Shown: positions 58,101 through 64,000 of the stretch, piece after piece
Position numbering within the stretch: the stretch's first letter is position 1
Layout of the letters: each line of letters begins with the position of its first letter
Origin: Adineta vaga
Lineage: Eukaryota > Animalia > Rotifera
Assembly: GCA_021613535.1 (NCBI GenBank)
Contig: CP075497.1
Span: 13,144,001-13,208,000 of the forward strand
Length of the DNA: 64,000 nucleotides
Direction of reading: 5' to 3'
The notes under the pieces: generated by a model
The model's database searches: none
The model's input: the letters and a program-made list of their open reading frames with translations, nothing else
What the model was told of the DNA's origin: nothing
Position numbers and translations under genes: made by a program

Positions 58101-58146
58101 TTGAGGGTGTGCGGGATCAAGGTATCTCTTCTTCATTCACACCCTT
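58101..58146. repeat. telomeric-hexamer hairpin element between convergent genes
   Basis: ttgagggtgtgcggg...ggtatctcttcttcatt-cacaccctt. Confidence 0.8.
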
Positions 58147-58200
58147 TTCATATATCACTCTGATAGATACAATATGATAAAAAGAAGAAGAATACTGGTT

Positions 58201-59192
58201 TTAAATTTTTATACGAGTTTGAATATGAAATAAATTTAAATGAATCATCCAAGGAAAAGGACAATGTTCGAGATCAATTGCTATTTCATATGATTTCTTA
58301 GAACGAAAATTGTGCATACGAATACGTCGATGATCACACTCGAGAATTAATTCAATAATATCTCCTGTTGCATAATCACTTTCATATCCATTGACATTCT
58401 TCTTACAAGATCCATACATATATACTTCATTATGACCTGCCCAGCCATATGCAGACAATGACGTATAAGAATTGGATTGCATACGTGTTGATTTGGAAAT
58501 AATACCAAAAAACCACCATGGATTTACATCAAGTTGTTCAATTTTTAAACGAATTCGATATGTACCAATAGAATATTTTCTTTTTCCACGAATTTCTCCA
58601 GAACTAGGAACGATATTGAAGTTATGACATGCAAGATGACCGTTTTCTCCAATACACACATCTCCATATTTCTGATTAAATATATCTTGTAGATTAACAT
58701 AAATATTGTTTACAAGAGGCAGATCTTGTTTGTTTTGATCGATTTTAATATTTGTTTGAAAAATATTTTCCTCCAATTCGCTCAGTGCTTTTTCCATTTG
58801 TTTAAATCACGTTCATCAAATCCATCATTATGTTGATCATTACGAATCTGTTCGTTGATTTTTTCAATCTTTATCTCTTGTTGTATATCATCCGATGCGA
58901 TCATTTCTTCAACTTGTTGACGTGTTTCTTCAGCCGTTTTCTGTATCTTTTCAATTGATATCATTTCCCATTTATTAATTTCATGTAACAGAGAAAATTT
59001 AAGCGTACTATGTTTTTCCTTCGATGTTTGTTGAAATGTATTTAGTTCGATGATAATAATTTGAAGTTGTGAATCAAGATCATTTCGATGGATATTCAAA
59101 TCATGACGACAATATACATGATCACATCCTTTACATTTAAAAATACCTGCTTTTGTTCTACAAATAGCACAAAGATCTTCTTTTGCTGACAT
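58201..59192 (-). CDS. B-box-like zinc finger / coiled-coil / SPRY-like protein, split by a 1-bp frameshift near 58790
   Basis: CAIC...CKGCDHVYCRHDLNIH, coiled coil, then WWFFGIIS...AYGWAG...GDIIELILEC. Confidence 0.7.
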
Positions 59193-59362
59193 TGCCTGTG
59201 TAATTGTTTTTCATAAAGAAAAGAAAAAAAAATGTGTGAATTCTTTTTTATCAACATTTTCTTTCGTTTGTTAACAATTACAAAATGTTCTAGTTAAACA
59301 GAACGAAAAAATTCAGATAAAATATACTTATGTAAATATTAAAAAGAAACTAATGTTTAAAT

Positions 59363-59414
59363 AGGATGTATGGGTATCGATTTTTTTATTTCAACCTACA
59401 TCCAACCTCAAGAT
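59363..59414. repeat. degenerate hairpin element
   Basis: aggatgtatgggt...cctacatccaacctcaagat. Confidence 0.65.
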
Positions 59415-59481
59415 ATGACGTCATGATAAGTTTATTTCTCATAGGTTATCGTTCAATCTTGACCTATTTATTTAATATTAG

Positions 59482-62212
59482 TCACTGTTGACCAACGACG
59501 ACGACGGCGAGATCGTTCGATGGTTGTATTTGTTTTTTTCTGGCAAGAGTTTGATAAAAACGATCATAGATTAAATGATATATTGGAATAAGTAATAATT
59601 TAACCAGAAGAAAAATTAAACCGAAAACTTCTAAAACAACAATGGTAAAAAGAAGACAACGAAAGATTACTTCTGTTTGTCGAGCAATAGGTTGTTGTAA
59701 ATTACTAATATAAAATATATTTTGTGTAATTATAATATTAATTGTAGTTTGTGTTCGATAAAAGAATGTATATCGATTTTCATTGGTAAATAATTGATCC
59801 GAATTAGCAGTTAATGAATAAGACCAAATAGCACTAAATTTAGGTGATCCATTATTATCTAATGGATCAGTTCGATTGATAATTTTTGTTAATTCAATTG
59901 GAAATACAATTGATTCAGCAAGAACTTGATCAAGTGATGATGAAATAAATGTTGAAGCAAAGTTCAATTTCATAACTATAAATCTTTCATTGAAAAAGAA
60001 AAATACAAATTATAGTTCTTTGACAATGTCAATAATAAAACTTACTTTCCATCTTCAATTTCTGCTTCAGGTGCACTAAGACCGAGTCGAATAGCTCCAA
60101 TAGTTTTTAATCCTAACAAAACAAGTTGAACACTCAATTCATGAATTGGTAGTACAATTTCTAAACTTAAAATTGTATTATTATAATTCATTGTACATGT
60201 AGTAATTGAGATTGAAATAATTTTATATCCATCATTACGTTGTAGATAAAATTGATCATTACAAGTATATGCTGTTTGAATTAAATCAATATTTAATGTA
60301 AATAATTGTGAATCAAGTAAATCAAATATTAATTGACTTTCTTTTGTTGTACGACGAGGATCCCATCGTTTTTGAGTTGTTGTAGTAAATTTTGCATTAC
60401 GTAAAGTAACATCACATGCAAATGAATTATTACCTTTAAGTTGTTCAATTGGATATTGATGAAGATATGCATTCGAAAAAACATATGCTGATATAATAAA
60501 AACGATAACTGCTGTTGTAATTAAACCACCAATCCATACCTAACAAAAATTGATGGTATATATATATATATATATTTTAATAATAAAAATACCTCTCCTT
60601 CACCAATTAAATCTATTTTTCGGAATATTTGTTTAGCACGATCGCGAATAGAATGTTGATGAGGATAAAATTTTTCTGAAAGTTCCATTCCAATAACTAC
60701 AATACAAACAATAATCATGACAAGTAGAACCCATGTTATAGGTGATACAAGTAAACAATGAATAGATTTTGTATTGAAACTAAAGATATTTTGCATAAGT
60801 ATATCATCAAAGACAATATTTTCAGGTGATTCAGGATATTCTTGATCTTGTTCAATTGATTCAAATGATGAATAACTAACTTCACCAACAGCTCCATATG
60901 GACAATAAAATTCTTTTGAACAATTATTTATTGATGATGAATAAGGATAACATAATTCAATTCCATAATAATCTCGACTTGTACCACGATTACAAGGAAG
61001 ATAACTTGTAACATATATACTTGTATTTGTATTTGCATAAGTATTCGGTGGAACACTAAGAATAGCAATACCATTACCAAAACGATCTAGAAGACCTAAA
61101 TGACCACTGGGAGAACATATGATACGAATAAAGGATGGATTCATTGATTGATGTAGAGTTTGTTGAGCATTTGGATACACAAGAATTGGTTGTGTTGAAT
61201 CATTGAAACCATCAGATTGAATATCATAAACATGTACTGATGATGAAATCCATTCATAACTTGAATATGAATAAACATTAGCTAAAATAACTGCTTTCTG
61301 ACATGTTTTATCTAACCATGCAACACTTTTCCCATAGCCCATTAAATTCATTCCTGTTTGACGTATACCAATTGGAGTTTGAGTATTATTTAATGAATAT
61401 AAAAAGACCGTGTTCAATGATTGAACACCAATGAGAACTTGTTGTGTTTGCCAACAGATACTTACGGACATAACAGATTGTGATGTATAAATTCGACTAT
61501 TAGTTATTAAACGAATAGAACGTGGATCATTCCATGAATATTGTACGACAGTATTAAGTGGATATGTACTTGTACTATATGGACATGATAAGGATGTATT
61601 TAATTGAACGATAAAACCACATTCAACTGCAATTGTTGCTGATGATTGACAATATCCAGCGATAACAGCATATTTTTCATTGAAATTAATATCCATAGCT
61701 CGAGGAGAAATATTTAGACTATTTGGCCAACTGATCAAATCAATAGTTGGAAATAATTGATAAAAAAATATAAAATCATCAGCAAAACCATATACACCTG
61801 TATCTTCTCCATTAATTGCAATGATAAAATTATCTTGTGTTGAATAATTTGAAATAATTTGTTCATCTTTCAAATGAAAAATACATGTACCATTACTAAT
61901 AAAGAAGCCTACAAGATTATTTCCCTGAAAATCAATACAATTGTAAATAAACGAGATATTATTCGAAGTTGGCACAATAACACTATAGACAAAATCACAT
62001 GATGTTGAATTATAAAGAACACGACATGAAGAACCGTTAGCATGTGGAAAGTATTCGACATACCAAACTAAAAATAAATTGTCAACACTAACCAAGAATC
62101 GATCATTTAACGCAATTTTTATTCCATAAAGATCATAATCTGTAGATACTTTCGTGTACATCAATACCGAAGGAATCCATAAAAACATAAGAATAATTTT
62201 CTCAAACGACAT
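59482..62212 (-). CDS. membrane protein with signal peptide and Cys-rich ectodomain, 3 exons (62212-60593, 60539-60046, 59975-59482)
   Basis: Long ORFs joined in frame by GT-AG introns; three hydrophobic helices. Confidence 0.8.
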
Positions 62213-62404
62213 TGTACAATTTTAATATTTTTAAAATGATCGATATTCTTCCGTTTTCATCGAGTATAATATAATATTAACTATAACGGAAATATTCTGT
62301 ATGTCATTTTTTTTGTTCATTTTGATGCATTCAGGAAATATACTTTTGATTAGAAAAAACACTTTCATTAATTGATTGTAATATAAATTATAGTGTTGTA
62401 CATT

Positions 62405-62523
62405 TTGGGGGTGTGAATGCGGGTGAAGAAGTGATACATTGACCCACACGCTCAAGATACTATCTATGAATGGGTGTGGGTATAGATGTAAGTATCGGCT
62501 CTACACCCACACCCACACCCACC
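62405..62523. repeat. two tandem hairpin elements between divergent genes
   Basis: ttgggggtgtg...acccacacgctcaagat (62405-62458) and tgggtgtgggt...acacccacacccacaccc (62471-62523). Confidence 0.85.
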
Positions 62524-62837
62524 ATCAATTTTCTGTTATCAAATGGTTTTGTCATCATTTTTATTTTCATTTCTGTTATTATAATAAAAATAAACAGATG
62601 AAGCTTTTCTTTCATATTTTCTTGTTTTATAAGTACACGAGACAATACTAAGACAATTTTCGTATGCTTCAAGATAAGAACAAAACAAAGGAAAGAAAAT
62701 TTATATAAAAGCATGGTTGCAAAAGTTTCAACGTCAATATAAGACTGTATGTTTGTGCAATGCTTGCAGATTAGAAAAGAATAATTTTATTCTGAATTGT
62801 TTACAATCGTTCGGTTCGAATGAATTCATCGAGTGAC

Positions 62838-63931
62838 ATGGTCGATAGTGTGCAACAAACTAAAAATTCGTAAGTAGTTTTTTTTTATTCAAAATATAAG
62901 TTTTGTTTTAGTTTTTTTGAAAATTATCATGATATAGAATATATTGGAGAAGGTGCTTTTGGATATGTTTGTAAAGCACGAACTAAAATTGAATGTATTG
63001 CTGTTGCTGTCAAATGTATTCCGTTGAAACGGTAAGAAAAGAAAGTACTTAGTAGTTTTTCCATTACAGTTTAGAATTGAGACGCTATGATGTATGAAAA
63101 TATTAGATGTATTTGAACGATTTGTTGACATTTAAACTCACCTAAGAAGAGTCATTGGAAGGAAGTTTAATTCTCCTGATTTCAATAAGAAGAATAAGAG
63201 CATTTATGATGTACATTTTTTCTTATGTAGACAAAAAATAGATAAGTCCGTTTATGTGATATATTTTATGCAATCTCTAGTTATTTGTTAGGTACGATTA
63301 AGAAATTGTTGTTTTTAACAACTTATTTTTAGAGAAAAAAGCAAGAAATCAGCAGAAACCGAAGCGTCTATGCTACGTTCGTTCAAACATAAGAATATAG
63401 TTGGATATATAGATGTTCTGTATGAGAACGCTCCTAAAGATTGGCAAGAACAACAAGAAATGAAACATGGTCTTCGATCACAAGAAAATACTGATGCATC
63501 CGAGTCGACTAGTCGTTACTCGACTGATACCAGAGAAGATAAACTGGATGATGTTGTGGTATTTGTACACGACGACAATGATATGAACGAAGAAGTGGAC
63601 GATTTATCTAGTACGTTTGGAAAATCTAGCAACACATCATCAGATGCTGATGAAGAACAACAAAAGGTAAAACTTTTTGCTAGTCTGTGTAAATTATCTC
63701 TGTTTTACACAATAATCTAGATTTCTCATTTCGTTTTCTAAGGAGCCCATAGAATCTAATGTCGAACGAAAGCCTGTGGCATATATTATAATGGAATTAT
63801 GCAAATCAGAGACATTAAAAGATCGCTTAGTTCCAGAATATCTTATGAACAATGGCTTAGAACGAATAGAAGCACTTCGTATCTTCTCCCAAATAGTGGA
63901 GGGTATAATCTATTTGCACGAGAAAAGGCTG
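62838..63931 (+). CDS. eIF2-alpha kinase-like (GCN2/PKR/PERK family) protein kinase, 5' part; continues beyond the window
   Basis: IGEGAFGYV, AVKCI, HKNIVGY, acidic insert, YIIMELC, IFSQIVEGIIYLH across 4 exons. Confidence 0.85.
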
Positions 63932-64000
63932 GTAAGTTAGCTGGAAAATATCAATTATCCTTTTTATATGTAAGCTATTTATATAACTAGATACATCGAG

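Noticed and set aside
58782-58800. Programmed ribosomal frameshift in the SPRY-like gene
   Set aside because: A single missing A in an A-run is better explained by a homopolymer error or pseudogenisation.

Overview
AT-rich eukaryotic genomic DNA with short GT-AG introns. Gene content and GGGTGT/TGTGGG repeats point to a bdelloid rotifer, probably Adineta-like (inference). Genes: an ABCC/MRP transporter, an SLC46-like MFS transporter, rhodopsin-class GPCRs (one family in three copies, two broken), a SOS1/SLC9C-like Na+/H+ exchanger, a GIMAP GTPase with a PBCV basic-adaptor-like tail, an F-box cluster, an NHL-repeat gene and pseudogene, an aquaglyceroporin fragment, the 5' part of an eIF2-alpha-type kinase, a hAT transposase relic, and two inverted copies of an intronless ~860-aa secreted protein that looks horizontally acquired. 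The most striking unexplained structure is a dispersed family of about 25-28 short (45-70 bp) hairpin elements, counted by eye. The consensus is (ATC)TTGAGGGTGTGGGTG-[15-40 nt spacer]-CACCCACACCCTCAAG(AT), with arms built from telomeric hexamers. They lie almost only between genes, roughly one per intergenic interval. They fall into spacer subfamilies and sit at the borders of duplicated or truncated gene segments. One has a filled/empty site pair with a 7-bp direct repeat, and one long member has ~90-bp inverted arms enclosing a degenerate tRNA. All coordinates were read by eye and may be a few bases off.
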